Below, in pieces: positions 28,846 through 39,219 of a stretch of 64,000 nucleotides of DNA; position 1 is the stretch's first letter, and each line of letters opens with the position of its first letter. This DNA is from Bdellovibrio sp. (lineage in GTDB: Bacteria; Bdellovibrionota; Bdellovibrionia; Bdellovibrionales; Bdellovibrionaceae). The position numbers and the translations under genes are program-made. The stretch lies in assembly GCA_036677065.1 (NCBI GenBank), contig JAKFBS010000011.1, positions 1-64,000 of the forward strand, in the 5' to 3' direction. The notes under the pieces were generated by a model. That model was not told the origin of the DNA, made no database searches, and was given only the letters and a program-made list of their open reading frames with translations.

Positions 28846-30027
28846 CTAAACTTCAAAACGTTTAATATGCAAATAAGCAGGAATTTCAAGACCATAGATG
28901 CCATCCACCAATGTTTTTGCCGCATTAAAACTTAACCCCATGCCATGGCCTGAACAGCCTGCTAGATAATGTAAATTGGGCTCGTCAGAAACTGCCCCAA
29001 TTAACATTTGCCCATCGGGCGAATAGCCCATAATTCCCGCCCATTGCCTTGCGATTTTAGCCTGCGGCCCAAAGCGAAAGTGAGTCTTAACAAATTCAAA
29101 CAAAGCTGCCTGAATAACTTCTGTTGTTTGATCGGCGTGGGTCTTCTCGGTTTCTGAAGCCAGGTTTCGGAAACCACCAATTAATAATTCACCCGTTGGC
29201 AGCTGACGAAAATAACAAAGATGCTTAGTTAAATAACATGGCCCCTTAACAAATTGGGGTAATGGCTTTGTTAAAAGTATTTGTCCGCGACCAGGAACAA
29301 TCAATGTTGAAAACTTTGGATTAACCAAAGGCAAATAAGCATTCACTGTGATCACCACATGCGCTGCTTGCAATTCTTCTTTGTCTGTTTTGATAACAAA
29401 TTTGTCGCTGATTTTGCTTACACTTTGAACTTCAGAGTTTTCATGAATATAAATATTAATTTTTTTTAAGATTTCACCTAGTAATTTCACCGGATGAATA
29501 TACCCATCCCCTGCATAAACTACTCCGCCTTCAAAACCTGTCACGCCGTAATCGCGATCCATATCTGAAGCATTTACTCCATACACATCGATGCCCTCAG
29601 CCCGCATGGTTTTTATCATCTCTTGATAATGCGTCCAACGTTCGCTGTTTGCAGCCACGGTGCATGAACCCGTAATTTTAAAATCAAGCTTGTTAGCTTG
29701 ATCCTGGATAATGTGCTCTTGCAAAAGTTTACGGTTAGTTTCTGAAAATTTCCAGATCTCGACAGCTTTGTCTAACCCAAATTGATCTTTAAGTTTAATA
29801 AAATGTTCTGTTGAACCACAAGTGACAAAACCTGCGTTTCTGCCCGAAGCGCCGTAACCGATCTGATTTTTTTCAACGATACCTATTTTTAAATCTGGAT
29901 TTTTTTGTAACAGCCAATAAGCTGTTGATAAGCCGGCAATGCCGCCACCCACGATCACATAATCATAATTTTTTAATTTGGCTGTGCCGGTGTTTAATTT
30001 AAAATCTTGCCAAAATGACTGAGTCAT
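28846..30027 (-). CDS. FAD-dependent oxidoreductase, DAO/glycine-oxidase/PuuB-like family
   Basis: VIVGGGIAG dinucleotide motif, GASGRNAG, WAGIMGYSPDG, GCSGHGMG. Confidence 0.9.
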   Translation of the reverse strand: MTQSFWQDFKLNTGTAKLKNYDYVIVGGGIAGLSTAYWLLQKNPDLKIGIVEKNQIGYGASGRNAGFVTCGSTEHFIKLKDQFGLDKAVEIWKFSETNRKLLQEHIIQDQANKLDFKITGSCTVAANSERWTHYQEMIKTMRAEGIDVYGVNASDMDRDYGVTGFEGGVVYAGDGYIHPVKLLGEILKKINIYIHENSEVQSVSKISDKFVIKTDKEELQAAHVVITVNAYLPLVNPKFSTLIVPGRGQILLTKPLPQFVKGPCYLTKHLCYFRQLPTGELLIGGFRNLASETEKTHADQTTEVIQAALFEFVKTHFRFGPQAKIARQWAGIMGYSPDGQMLIGAVSDEPNLHYLAGCSGHGMGLSFNAAKTLVDGIYGLEIPAYLHIKRFEV

Positions 30028-30575
30028 AAATATTTAATCATCTCTACAGCCGTACAGCGGCAGGGTTTTCCGTCACGTACACAAGTATAATCCACATCTA
30101 TCCAATAGTTAGGATGCGTGGCCACGGGCTCAAAACCAAACTTAGTTAAATAACGAATCGAAGAATTATTTGGCGATTCTTGCCAGGCATGCGTAACGAT
30201 GGCTTCGGTTCCAATGGCTTTTAAACACTTGATCGAAGCCTCTGACAGCTGTGGCCCCCAACCTAAACCTTGAACTTCTGCAGATAAAAATAAACTTTGA
30301 AAGTACCCTGCTTTATCTTGTGGAACTTTCCATAGTTCAGGACGAAGTTTTGCACCTTTGCCTTTGCTCCAGCTTCCCGGAGGGTAAGCTAATCGCAATC
30401 CCTGGATTTTATTATTTGCATCCACTAAAACAAAAGAATACATGACACCGTTTAATAGTGATTTTTGATAACACTCGTTAAGTTCTTCTAAACTAAAATA
30501 ATTTTCACCGATCGTGGCATCGGTGAAAACTTTAATTTGTGTTAAATCATCTAAATGCAATGGACGAATCTGCAT
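30024..30575 (-). CDS. GNAT family N-acetyltransferase
   Basis: MQIRPL start, LFLSAEVQGLGWG motif A, NNSSIRYLTKFGF motif B; 4-bp overlap with the oxidoreductase. Confidence 0.85.
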   Translation of the reverse strand: MQIRPLHLDDLTQIKVFTDATIGENYFSLEELNECYQKSLLNGVMYSFVLVDANNKIQGLRLAYPPGSWSKGKGAKLRPELWKVPQDKAGYFQSLFLSAEVQGLGWGPQLSEASIKCLKAIGTEAIVTHAWQESPNNSSIRYLTKFGFEPVATHPNYWIDVDYTCVRDGKPCRCTAVEMIKYL

Positions 30576-30596
30576 TTAGTTATCTGCTCATATCAG

Positions 30597-31226
30597 CTAA
30601 TCAGTGTCAATTTGGTAATCACTGGGCTGACGCTGCACTGTCGTGGCTTCGACAGACTTGCCGAATTTATTTTCGCTGCCATAACCAGTGACTTCTACAT
30701 ATTGGCCGACATCATAGGCCTGAGTTGGTCTTCTGATATCCATCGGCAGTCTTACCACTGAACCTTCAGTTAATAAAAATCCAGAAATTTCACCAGAGGG
30801 TTCAATCAACAGTGTGTCGATTTCACCATGAACCGTCATGTTATTAAGATCTTTAAAAGCTTCGCGGCGTTCGCGTTTAGGTGCGAGCATTTTTCCTTTA
30901 GCTTCAGAAGTGATTAAAATTTCACCGGCATTTTTGGATGTAATGATTTGTTTGGCCCACATCGAATTTGACGATGTCTCTTCACCCTTGACCGTAACAT
31001 CATCACCAACCGCCACTGAATCCGTGATCAAAGTTGACATATGTCCAGGAAAACGAATCTGCATTCCATCTTCTAAAATAAAACCATCGACTGCGCCATC
31101 AGCTGTGGTGATAAATCGATCGACAATACCTGAAGCTTGCCACGCTGTCTTTTGCCCCATGCTTGTACAACCAGAAGTCATTATTCCCCAAATAGCAAAA
31201 ACGACTAGATTAATCAATAGGTTCAT
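30597..31226 (-). CDS. Hypothetical lipoprotein with two repeated OB-fold-like modules
   Basis: Lipobox TSG-C; GAVDGFILEDGMQIRFP...VGDDVTVKG is repeated as GEISGFLLTEGSVVRLP...VGQYVEVTG. Confidence 0.7.
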   Translation of the reverse strand: MNLLINLVVFAIWGIMTSGCTSMGQKTAWQASGIVDRFITTADGAVDGFILEDGMQIRFPGHMSTLITDSVAVGDDVTVKGEETSSNSMWAKQIITSKNAGEILITSEAKGKMLAPKRERREAFKDLNNMTVHGEIDTLLIEPSGEISGFLLTEGSVVRLPMDIRRPTQAYDVGQYVEVTGYGSENKFGKSVEATTVQRQPSDYQIDTD

Positions 31227-31286
31227 AAATAGTTCTCCTAATTCAATATCAGTGAATGTTAATCTAAATTCAGCAAGGAAAGTGCC

Positions 31287-32891
31287 ATGAAAAAAAAGGC
31301 CGAACTGCCTTACAATCTTGAAGAAGGAACTCCTCTAACTTACTACCGATTAATTTTGGCGATCAGTGGTGTAGTTTATCTTTTATGGTGGTACCTGACG
31401 GGTTACTTTTTACCACATTCTTTTAATCCGATTTACAGCCGCCTAGTTGCAGCCTCTTGTCTTTGGCTAATTTTTATCGCTACGTATTTTTCTGAACATG
31501 TTCGTAAACATATCGACTTTTGGTTTTCAGTCGGCGCCTGGGCAGTGACTCTGCATTTTTATTATTTATTTTACAACAACCGCGCAGACCTAACCTGGGT
31601 TTGGGGCTGCTATATGGCGGTCGTCGCCGTCGCTGCCATGATGCAAACCATGCGTTCGATGGTGAGTTATGTTATTTACGTGGCCGTACTTTCAATTATC
31701 ATCAATTATTTTAGTCCAAATTTAAATACCGTATTGTTCTTACCAGGAATTCTAACAATATTGGTTGTTGGTTTTGTGGGGCTGCGCTCACGCTTAAAAC
31801 TGATCACCCAGGTTCGCGAAAGTGCCCTGCAAATTCGTCGTTTATTAGACGCCACGGTTGAAGGAATGGCGCTTCATGATGGTGAATTTATTTTAGATGC
31901 CAATGAATCACTTTCGCTTATGTTTGGCTATAGCCGCAAAGAAATCATCGGCAAAAGTATTTATACAATCTGCACACTTGAATCAGGTCAAATCGTTGCA
32001 GCTCACATTGCTCAGCAATCAGAGTCTTCTTATGAAGCGATCGGTATTCGCAAAGATGGTTCACGCTTTCATATTGAAATTCGCGGCAAAAAACACATGC
32101 TGAAAAATGGCGTACTTGGCCGAGTGGCAGCTATTCAAGACATTACAGAGCGTAAAAAAAATGAACAGACAAAAATTTTATTTGAAGCTTCGCAAGAAGC
32201 GTTACGCATTAGAAATGAATTTATTTCGATCGCTTCTCACGAATTAAAAACGCCGTTAACAAGTATTAAACTGCAAACGCAGATGACTCAAATAGCTGCT
32301 GAAAAAAATGAAGCGCAAGCCTACAGTCCCGAACGGATGAAAAAGTTTGTGAATCAAATTGACCGGCAGGCCGATCGTTTAGCCAATTTAATCGAAGACA
32401 TGTTAGATGTTTCGCGAATTTCTTTAGGAAAACTATCTTTAGATATACAGCCGACTTCATTAAATTCATTAATCGAAGAGACCCTGGAATCGATGGCTGA
32501 ATTAATTAAGCAAAATGGTAACGAAATTATTCGCACGCTCGACACTAATGTCGTGGCAAACATTGATCGTTTTCGCATGGAGCAGGTTTTAATTAATTTA
32601 CTGACGAATGCCATCAAATACGGCGAAGGTAAACCAATCACTATCAGCTTAAGCAAACGCGGTAGCGAAGCTTCAATTTCAGTACAGGATCAAGGCATGG
32701 GTATCGCCAAAGAAAATCAAGAAAGAATTTTTGCCCGCTTTGAACGCGCTGTGACCGCAAAAAACATTAGTGGACTAGGCTTAGGACTCTATATTTCACA
32801 GCAAATTGTTCAGGCTCATCGTGGAACCATTATAGTAAAAAGTGCCCCGAACGAAGGGGCTTGTTTTATCGTAAATATTCCAGCAGAATGA
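31287..32891 (+). CDS. Membrane PAS-domain sensor histidine kinase
   Basis: About 6 TM helices, PAS (ANESLSLMFGYSRKEIIG), ASHELKTPL, NLLTNAIKY, DQGMGI, GLGLGL. Confidence 0.93.
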   Translation: MKKKAELPYNLEEGTPLTYYRLILAISGVVYLLWWYLTGYFLPHSFNPIYSRLVAASCLWLIFIATYFSEHVRKHIDFWFSVGAWAVTLHFYYLFYNNRADLTWVWGCYMAVVAVAAMMQTMRSMVSYVIYVAVLSIIINYFSPNLNTVLFLPGILTILVVGFVGLRSRLKLITQVRESALQIRRLLDATVEGMALHDGEFILDANESLSLMFGYSRKEIIGKSIYTICTLESGQIVAAHIAQQSESSYEAIGIRKDGSRFHIEIRGKKHMLKNGVLGRVAAIQDITERKKNEQTKILFEASQEALRIRNEFISIASHELKTPLTSIKLQTQMTQIAAEKNEAQAYSPERMKKFVNQIDRQADRLANLIEDMLDVSRISLGKLSLDIQPTSLNSLIEETLESMAELIKQNGNEIIRTLDTNVVANIDRFRMEQVLINLLTNAIKYGEGKPITISLSKRGSEASISVQDQGMGIAKENQERIFARFERAVTAKNISGLGLGLYISQQIVQAHRGTIIVKSAPNEGACFIVNIPAE

Positions 32892-32898
32892 CCAAGCC

Positions 32899-33273
32899 AT
32901 GAACGCCATCACTAATAAAATTCTTCTTGTTGAAGATGACATTGATATACAAGACAATCTAAGAGCTTTTCTTGAAATGGAAAACTTCGAAGTCGAGTCT
33001 GTTGCCAATGGCAAACAAGCCATCGAGCTGATGCAAAAAGAAGGACGCCCGCGTCTTATTTTGTTAGACCTGATGATGCCGATCATGAACGGTTATGAAA
33101 TGTTAGCCGAGATGAAAAAAATGAATCTTTTCAAAGGTAATCCTTCACCAATTATTTTATTATCTGCTGCAACTGATATCGAAGAAACTGCTCGCCAACA
33201 GGTGACTAAATTTATTCGTAAACCCATTGCCTTAGATAAGTTGTTGCTTACGATCAAAGAAATCTACGGCTAA
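32899..33273 (+). CDS. Single-domain response regulator
   Basis: LLVEDD, LLDLMMP, RKP; directly after the kinase. Confidence 0.93.
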   Translation: MNAITNKILLVEDDIDIQDNLRAFLEMENFEVESVANGKQAIELMQKEGRPRLILLDLMMPIMNGYEMLAEMKKMNLFKGNPSPIILLSAATDIEETARQQVTKFIRKPIALDKLLLTIKEIYG

Positions 33274-33347
33274 GTCGTGTCGTAGACACGCTAATCACGG
33301 CGTGAAAAATGCTACATACGTCTCGTAATTAAATTTATGAGGTGTTT

Positions 33348-34478
33348 ATGCAAACAAGAGTCAAAAACGAACTTTTAATGCTTTGTGGTTTAGGGACATT
33401 AGCCCTACTGCGTGCAAAGAGAAAACGATTAGCCCTAGTGCCTGCGATGGCCAGCGGCTATCTGTTAACCCGTTTATTAATTGAAAGTACAAACCCGCAA
33501 TCTTTTCGCGGGCAATCGGCCATCATCACTGGCGGTTCACGCGGGTTAGGCCTTGCCTTAGCGCGCGAACTCGTCAACGAAAACTGTAATGTCACTTTAC
33601 TTGCGCGTGACGAAGACGAATTAAAACGCGCAAAAAAAGAATTAGATAAATTCAACAGAGGCGAAGTCCATATTGTCGTCTGCGATATCACCGATAATGT
33701 GCAGTTAAGTAAAGCCATTCATGAAGCGGCTGATTTATACGATGGTGTGGATTTATTAATTAATAATGCCGGCGCAATTGTTGTTGGCCCATGGGAGAGC
33801 ATGACGCAACAAGATTTTGAAGCGCAAATGAATGTTCACTTATATGCCACGATGAATTCTATTCGCGTAGCCTTGCCATTCTTGCGTCAAAAAACCAGTG
33901 CGAAGCGTATCGTAAATATTTGTTCAATGGGCGGACGCGTAGCGGTGCCGCATATGTTACCTTATGACACTTCAAAATTTGCGCTGTCTGGATTTTCACA
34001 AGGCCTTGCCACTGAGCTGTATGACGAAGGCATTTCGGTAACAACAGTTTATCCGGGAATGATGCGCACAGGATCACCGATACAAGCAGTGTTTAAGGGC
34101 GAACATGAAAAAGAATTTGCCTGGTTTCAAGCTGCAGATGTGATTCCGGGATTTTCAACTTCAGCGCGCGATGCCGCCAAAGAAATTATTCAAGCGGCGC
34201 GTGAACGGCGCTTTGAATTAATGCCTTTTTTACCTGCGAAATTACGCTTAGGCTTAGCTTCGTTTTTTCCAGAACTGGTGGCTTATACAATGGTGTTATT
34301 AAATCGTTTGTTACCACAAGGACAATCTGGCGAATATAAAACCGGCGCGCAAAGCCGAGAAATTTTTGATAAATCGATTCTGACCAAAGCATTTAAATCT
34401 TCAGCGCGCAAAGCCGAAAAAGATTCAAATCAGTGGCCAAAAATCGACGCCAAAGAAAGTATGGGAGTGCTACACTGA
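33348..34478 (+). CDS. SDR family oxidoreductase with N-terminal membrane anchor
   Basis: TGGSRGLG, NNAG, catalytic YDTSK. Confidence 0.9.
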   Translation: MQTRVKNELLMLCGLGTLALLRAKRKRLALVPAMASGYLLTRLLIESTNPQSFRGQSAIITGGSRGLGLALARELVNENCNVTLLARDEDELKRAKKELDKFNRGEVHIVVCDITDNVQLSKAIHEAADLYDGVDLLINNAGAIVVGPWESMTQQDFEAQMNVHLYATMNSIRVALPFLRQKTSAKRIVNICSMGGRVAVPHMLPYDTSKFALSGFSQGLATELYDEGISVTTVYPGMMRTGSPIQAVFKGEHEKEFAWFQAADVIPGFSTSARDAAKEIIQAARERRFELMPFLPAKLRLGLASFFPELVAYTMVLLNRLLPQGQSGEYKTGAQSREIFDKSILTKAFKSSARKAEKDSNQWPKIDAKESMGVLH

Positions 34479-34505
34479 TGGCGCACGCCAGAAAGCAAAG
34501 TTGGA

Positions 34506-35783
34506 CTATGCAGTCTCTAATATCGCGGCCACGCCCATTCCACCTGCAGTACAGATGGAAATTAGGCCGCGTTTTTTTCCGCCACTTGCTAATAACTTAG
34601 CGAGTGTGCCGGTAACACGCGTGCCGGTAGCGGCAAATGGATGTCCCATCGCGATACTGCTACCAACCACATTCATTTTACTTCTGTCGATAGAACCAAT
34701 TGGTGATTTTAATCCTAAGACATCTTTGCAATAGGCAGCAGATTCCCACGCTTTTAAGTTACAAAGAACTTGCGCAGCAAACGCTTCGTGAATTTCAAAA
34801 TAATCAAAATCTTTAAATGTTAATTGATTGCGTGTTAATAATTGTGAAACGGCTTTTGTCGGCGCCATTAATAAACCGGCACCATGAACAAAATCAACTG
34901 CTGCCACTTGCACATCAATCACTTTAGCCATCGGGAATAATCCCATTTTTTGCGCCGCTGCTTCGCTGCCTAAAAGTACACACGAGGCACCATCTGTTAA
35001 CGGCGAGCTATTTCCTGCTGTTAGAGTTCCGTTTTGCGGATCAAATGAAGGTTTTAATTTGGCTAAACGCTCTTTACTGGTGTCAGCACGTAAAGTCGCA
35101 TCGCGGGTGATGTTATGAAATGGAATCACTAAGTCTTCAAAAAAACCACCATCATAAGCTTTTGCGCCATTGATGTGACTGTTGTAAGCCACTTCATCTT
35201 GCTCTTCGCGCGCAATTTTCCATTCTTTCGCCATCAGTTCACAGTGCTGGCCCATGGACATCAACGTGCGCGGCTCAGTCACTGATGCGGCTCTTGGCTT
35301 AAACATGCCAAGAGAAGCTCCTGACAATGCACTCATGCGCGCACCGAAAGTTTTTGCATTGTTCATTTTCATTAAAAATTTTCTGAATTTATCAGAAACT
35401 TCAATTGGAAAATCACTGTTCGTATCGACACCGCCGGCAATTCCGATATCAATTGCGCCGGTATGAATTTTCATCGCGATTTGCCAAACATTATCAAGAC
35501 TTGTGGCGCACGCTCGTTGCGTGTTGTAAGCCGGAGTATTTGGATCAAGTTCGGTTTCTAAAACGCATTCACGCGCTAAATTCCAATCTGCAGAGCTATT
35601 CATCAGGCAGCCTAACGCCACATCGCCGATCAGTTTTTTTTGCAGATTATTTTTACGAATAAGCCCGTTTAATGCGGCCACCATTAATTCTTTACGGGTC
35701 ACATCGGCATAAACCGTTTGGCTTTTCGCAAAAGGTGTTCTTGAACTTCCTAAAACATATACTTGGTTTGCATCTGATTTCAT
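34506..35783 (-). CDS. Acetyl-CoA C-acyltransferase (thiolase, FadI-like)
   Basis: RTPFAK, QRACATS, HEAFAAQ, GHPFAATG, ICTAGG. Confidence 0.93.
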   Translation of the reverse strand: MKSDANQVYVLGSSRTPFAKSQTVYADVTRKELMVAALNGLIRKNNLQKKLIGDVALGCLMNSSADWNLARECVLETELDPNTPAYNTQRACATSLDNVWQIAMKIHTGAIDIGIAGGVDTNSDFPIEVSDKFRKFLMKMNNAKTFGARMSALSGASLGMFKPRAASVTEPRTLMSMGQHCELMAKEWKIAREEQDEVAYNSHINGAKAYDGGFFEDLVIPFHNITRDATLRADTSKERLAKLKPSFDPQNGTLTAGNSSPLTDGASCVLLGSEAAAQKMGLFPMAKVIDVQVAAVDFVHGAGLLMAPTKAVSQLLTRNQLTFKDFDYFEIHEAFAAQVLCNLKAWESAAYCKDVLGLKSPIGSIDRSKMNVVGSSIAMGHPFAATGTRVTGTLAKLLASGGKKRGLISICTAGGMGVAAILETA

Positions 35784-35898
35784 AACCTGATGCTAGCACT
35801 GCAACATACGCTCGCCAACCTTAGACCTTAGTCGTAGTTCGTCAAATGCCGCTTTGGTCAGTTTGTCATCTGACTTTGTTCTACGTCATAATATGGAT

Positions 35899-37608
35899 AT
35901 GAAATCTATATACATCTTATTGTGTAGTTTAATTATCTTTGCGGCCTGCGAAAAAAAAGAAACTGGTGAAATGACTACGGTAACATTGACGATGCCTGAT
36001 CTTTCGCTCAACGGCAGACAAAATGTTTACACACGTGTTGCTTCTGCACCGGCCACAATTGACGACGTGAATTGTTTTGCGGTGATGGTTTCAGGCCCAG
36101 AACCTTTTTTAAATCGCACAAGCTGTTCAGTGGTTGATAGCGTTGGTTCTCAAGTTGCTGCGGCGAAAAGAACTGGTCTATTTCGGGGCTTAATTCCTAG
36201 TGGCGGCGTGATTACGTTAGCGATTCCTGCCGGAGCAAGTCGTCAATTTACCCTGCTTGGTGTAAAAGCAAATCCACTTTCGGCTTGTATTGATTTTAAT
36301 AGCCCAAATGCTTCAACAGAATTTACTTCTGATTTATTTCTTGTCGGTGAATCCGCTTCAGTTGATTTGCAACCTGGAGTGACGGTGGCGGTGCCTATTA
36401 AATTACCGACGGCAGGCACTGCCTTTAACACAGGAAGTTCTCGCATTGGTGATTGCACCGGTCCTGATTCTCCATATAAAACGCGCATTCTGCCGACGAA
36501 AGCCGAAATTGTTAAAGATTTTTTTACCTACGATGCCTTTCCGGCTAATTCTTGCAGCTCAGTAAATATTAATTTTACTGATGATGTCGGTCGTTCAGGC
36601 GCAACAGCGTTTCCTTATAATATGATTCTAGAACGCGCCGAAGTAGATGGCGGAGGAGCTGTTGGATCATTCACCTCATTTGCGATGTTCACTCAACCAA
36701 ATTGTTCGGTCTCATTATTTAACGAAATTTCAGTGCCTGCAAACACACGTTCAATACCAGTGTACTTTAATACTACGGCTTCACCTTCAGTTTCGGGTTT
36801 TCAATTTCGCTTAAGACCGGGAACAACGGCGCCTTCTCCATATGCACAAACCACTACACCGACTTTTTTACTTCAGGAAAATAGTTCTGCCTCGATTGAT
36901 ATTTTTGGCCCACGCCGAGTGATCAAAGATATGTGTTATAACTTAGTTGGCACATTTAAAACTGCAGATAAAACTGTGATCAGCGGAACTGCTTACACGC
37001 CTTCTTATCCTGATATTCAAGGCCGCGTGTTTCCTGAAAAATTTTGCACAAACACCTCGATTGCCAGCGGTACTGCGCATGCAATTACCATCAATTCAAA
37101 TTTTGATTTTTCGATGAGATACGATCAAGATGTTTTTACCCCGACGCACTTTACTTTAACACCAACAATCACTTCAGCTACGCAGACTTTTCCGGCAAGA
37201 TACCCAGTTCAAGTTGTCGGCGGATCTCGTAGCCCGACTTTTTTGCGTCCCGAATTACCACCAAGTTTACCGGCCGCAACCACTGGATGTTTTGGACCAT
37301 TTCAGGTCTTAGTTGAAAACGAACGCGGCGCCGCCTTAGTGACTGAAGGGGCGATTGTAGTTTCATTACTTTCTGGGGCACCCTCAAATGTAGCGATTTT
37401 TAATAATAATATTTGTAATCAGACTTATGCTTCATCATTTGCTGATGATTATCGCCGGGTATTTTATGTGGGCGTAAGTACAACAGCAATTGTTGCTAAT
37501 ACGACAGTCAGTTTTAGTACCGCTGGCCAGATTGACCATCCGGATGCACCAGGCAACACAACTTACACCACAAGTCTAACGACTGTGGTGAATCTTCAAT
37601 TTAAATAG
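35899..37608 (+). CDS. Hypothetical beta-rich, Cys-containing lipoprotein
   Basis: Lipobox FAA-C after MKSIYILLCSLII; Thr/Ser/Pro-rich beta-sandwich-like sequence. Confidence 0.7.
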   Translation: MKSIYILLCSLIIFAACEKKETGEMTTVTLTMPDLSLNGRQNVYTRVASAPATIDDVNCFAVMVSGPEPFLNRTSCSVVDSVGSQVAAAKRTGLFRGLIPSGGVITLAIPAGASRQFTLLGVKANPLSACIDFNSPNASTEFTSDLFLVGESASVDLQPGVTVAVPIKLPTAGTAFNTGSSRIGDCTGPDSPYKTRILPTKAEIVKDFFTYDAFPANSCSSVNINFTDDVGRSGATAFPYNMILERAEVDGGGAVGSFTSFAMFTQPNCSVSLFNEISVPANTRSIPVYFNTTASPSVSGFQFRLRPGTTAPSPYAQTTTPTFLLQENSSASIDIFGPRRVIKDMCYNLVGTFKTADKTVISGTAYTPSYPDIQGRVFPEKFCTNTSIASGTAHAITINSNFDFSMRYDQDVFTPTHFTLTPTITSATQTFPARYPVQVVGGSRSPTFLRPELPPSLPAATTGCFGPFQVLVENERGAALVTEGAIVVSLLSGAPSNVAIFNNNICNQTYASSFADDYRRVFYVGVSTTAIVANTTVSFSTAGQIDHPDAPGNTTYTTSLTTVVNLQFK

Positions 37609-37609
37609 C

Positions 37610-38029
37610 TTATTTTTTTACGGGTTGGCGGTTTACTAAAACCGTCAATGTGAAACTTTCAGGACCATCGTCTTCACCGACAGTGATGCTTCCTGATTTA
37701 CCATTCGTTACGATCATCTCTGGCGTTGAAAGAATTTCGCGAACGCCTTTAACTAATCTTCCGATAACTAATTTTAAATGGATTTTATCAAGTTCGCCGT
37801 CGATTTCTTCTGGAGTGACTTCCATAAAGCTTCCGGTGCCATTTGAATATTTTTGTTGAACTTCAGATTTTTCGCCTTCATTGGCTAATAAACCTTGAGA
37901 TGCGACATGCTTGCCGTTCAAAGTCAGATCAACATTTAATTTATAGATTGGTAAACCCTGTTTAGGGTTGGTAGCCGCTATTGCGGTAGAAAGAAAGAAA
38001 AACGAAACTAATAACGTCGACTTAAACAT
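37610..38029 (-). CDS. Hypothetical secreted protein
   Basis: Signal peptide, SD AAGGAG; ILSTPEMIVTNGKSGSITVG resembles a secretin-like strand pair. Confidence 0.65.
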   Translation of the reverse strand: MFKSTLLVSFFFLSTAIAATNPKQGLPIYKLNVDLTLNGKHVASQGLLANEGEKSEVQQKYSNGTGSFMEVTPEEIDGELDKIHLKLVIGRLVKGVREILSTPEMIVTNGKSGSITVGEDDGPESFTLTVLVNRQPVKK

Positions 38030-38201
38030 CTGAGACTCCTTAAGCTTGATAAAACTTAAGAAAGTTTAAACGACAAAATGTGAAAAATCATGCATAGCTT
38101 TGCATAATCATTTCTTAAAAACAGATACTCATACTAAAGTCTAGTAACGAAAATTCAGTCACAATAGAATTTAATTACACTTTTACCCTTCATCATAAGA
38201 T

Positions 38202-38234
38202 TTGCTGGCCTCGAGCCTATCTCTAGGCCAGCAA
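38202..38234 (-). terminator. Stem-loop downstream of the flagellin pair
   Basis: TTGCTGGCCT...AGGCCAGCAA 10-bp inverted repeat; U-tract is weak. Confidence 0.5.
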
Positions 38235-38277
38235 TCCCAAGGATTTATGGATAAAACGTGGATCAGAATCTACTCAA

Positions 38278-39111
38278 CTACCCTAACAACTTAAGTGCTA
38301 GTTGAGTTTGTGTATTGGCTTGTCCCAATACTGAGGTCGCAGCTTGCATAAGAACATTGTTCTTCGCTAATTCTGTCGACTCTGCGGCTACATCTGTATC
38401 ACGGATACGAGAGTTCGCTGCTGCGTAATTCTCCTCAGCTGTCGCTAAGTTTTGAGAAGTTGATTGTAAACGATTTTGGAATGCACCCAAGTTCGCTCTG
38501 ATAGAATTTACGTTGTTAATCGCGTCATCTACTGAAGCTAAGCTTAATTGTGCAGACTCTTTATTACCCACGCCGGCTTCGGTCAATCGCAACGCTTCTA
38601 ATGTTGCATTTGATTCACCACTTTTAAAGCTGATGCGATCTAGTTCTGGATCATTTTGGGTACCGATTTGGATATCCAAAACTCCGCCTAGGCCGTTCAA
38701 CAGTGGCGTGCCATTGAATTTCGTGCTCTGAGAGATACGTTGCATCTCTTCTTTAAGCTGTTGAAACTCGATGTTTGTTAACCCGCGCTCACGATCACTG
38801 ATCGTGTCAGAAGCAGCTTGTACACCCAGCTCGCGCAAGCGAACTAACATGTTAGCCATTTCTTGCAAGCCGCCTTCGGCAACTTGTACTAATGAAATAC
38901 CGTCATTAGCGTTTCGGTTGGCTTGTCTAAGGCCTCTGATTTGAGCTTTAATGTTTTCAGAGATAGCTAAACCAGCTGCATCGTCAGACGCTTGGTTTAC
39001 TCTGAACCCCGATGATAGACGTGCCATCGCGGTATTTTGTTTTATGCCTAAACTATACAGATTCTTACCTGCATTAATCGCGGCTACGTTGGTTGCAATT
39101 CGCAATCCCAT
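38278..39111 (-). CDS. fliC: Flagellin (277 aa)
   Basis: MGLRIATNVAA, RLSSGFRVNQASDDAAGLAISE, RANLGAFQNRL, SRIRDTDVA, QANTQ..LKLLG. Confidence 0.97.
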   Translation of the reverse strand: MGLRIATNVAAINAGKNLYSLGIKQNTAMARLSSGFRVNQASDDAAGLAISENIKAQIRGLRQANRNANDGISLVQVAEGGLQEMANMLVRLRELGVQAASDTISDRERGLTNIEFQQLKEEMQRISQSTKFNGTPLLNGLGGVLDIQIGTQNDPELDRISFKSGESNATLEALRLTEAGVGNKESAQLSLASVDDAINNVNSIRANLGAFQNRLQSTSQNLATAEENYAAANSRIRDTDVAAESTELAKNNVLMQAATSVLGQANTQTQLALKLLG

Positions 39112-39182
39112 ATTATCCTCCTTGTATTGTATTCATCCGTGAATGTCCCCGATCCTTGGTTAGAGCAGAATCCGTTCTGCTT
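39112..39182 (-). promoter_or_regulatory. CsrA-type translational operator (GGA-loop hairpins) in the flagellin leader
   Basis: Minus strand GCAGA-ACGGAT-TCTGC, CC-AAGGATC-GG, ATTC-ACGGAT-GAAT, then SD AAGGAGGA. Confidence 0.7.
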
Positions 39183-39219
39183 ATTTAAAAAACTTTAAAA
39201 AACTAATTACACTAATCCT

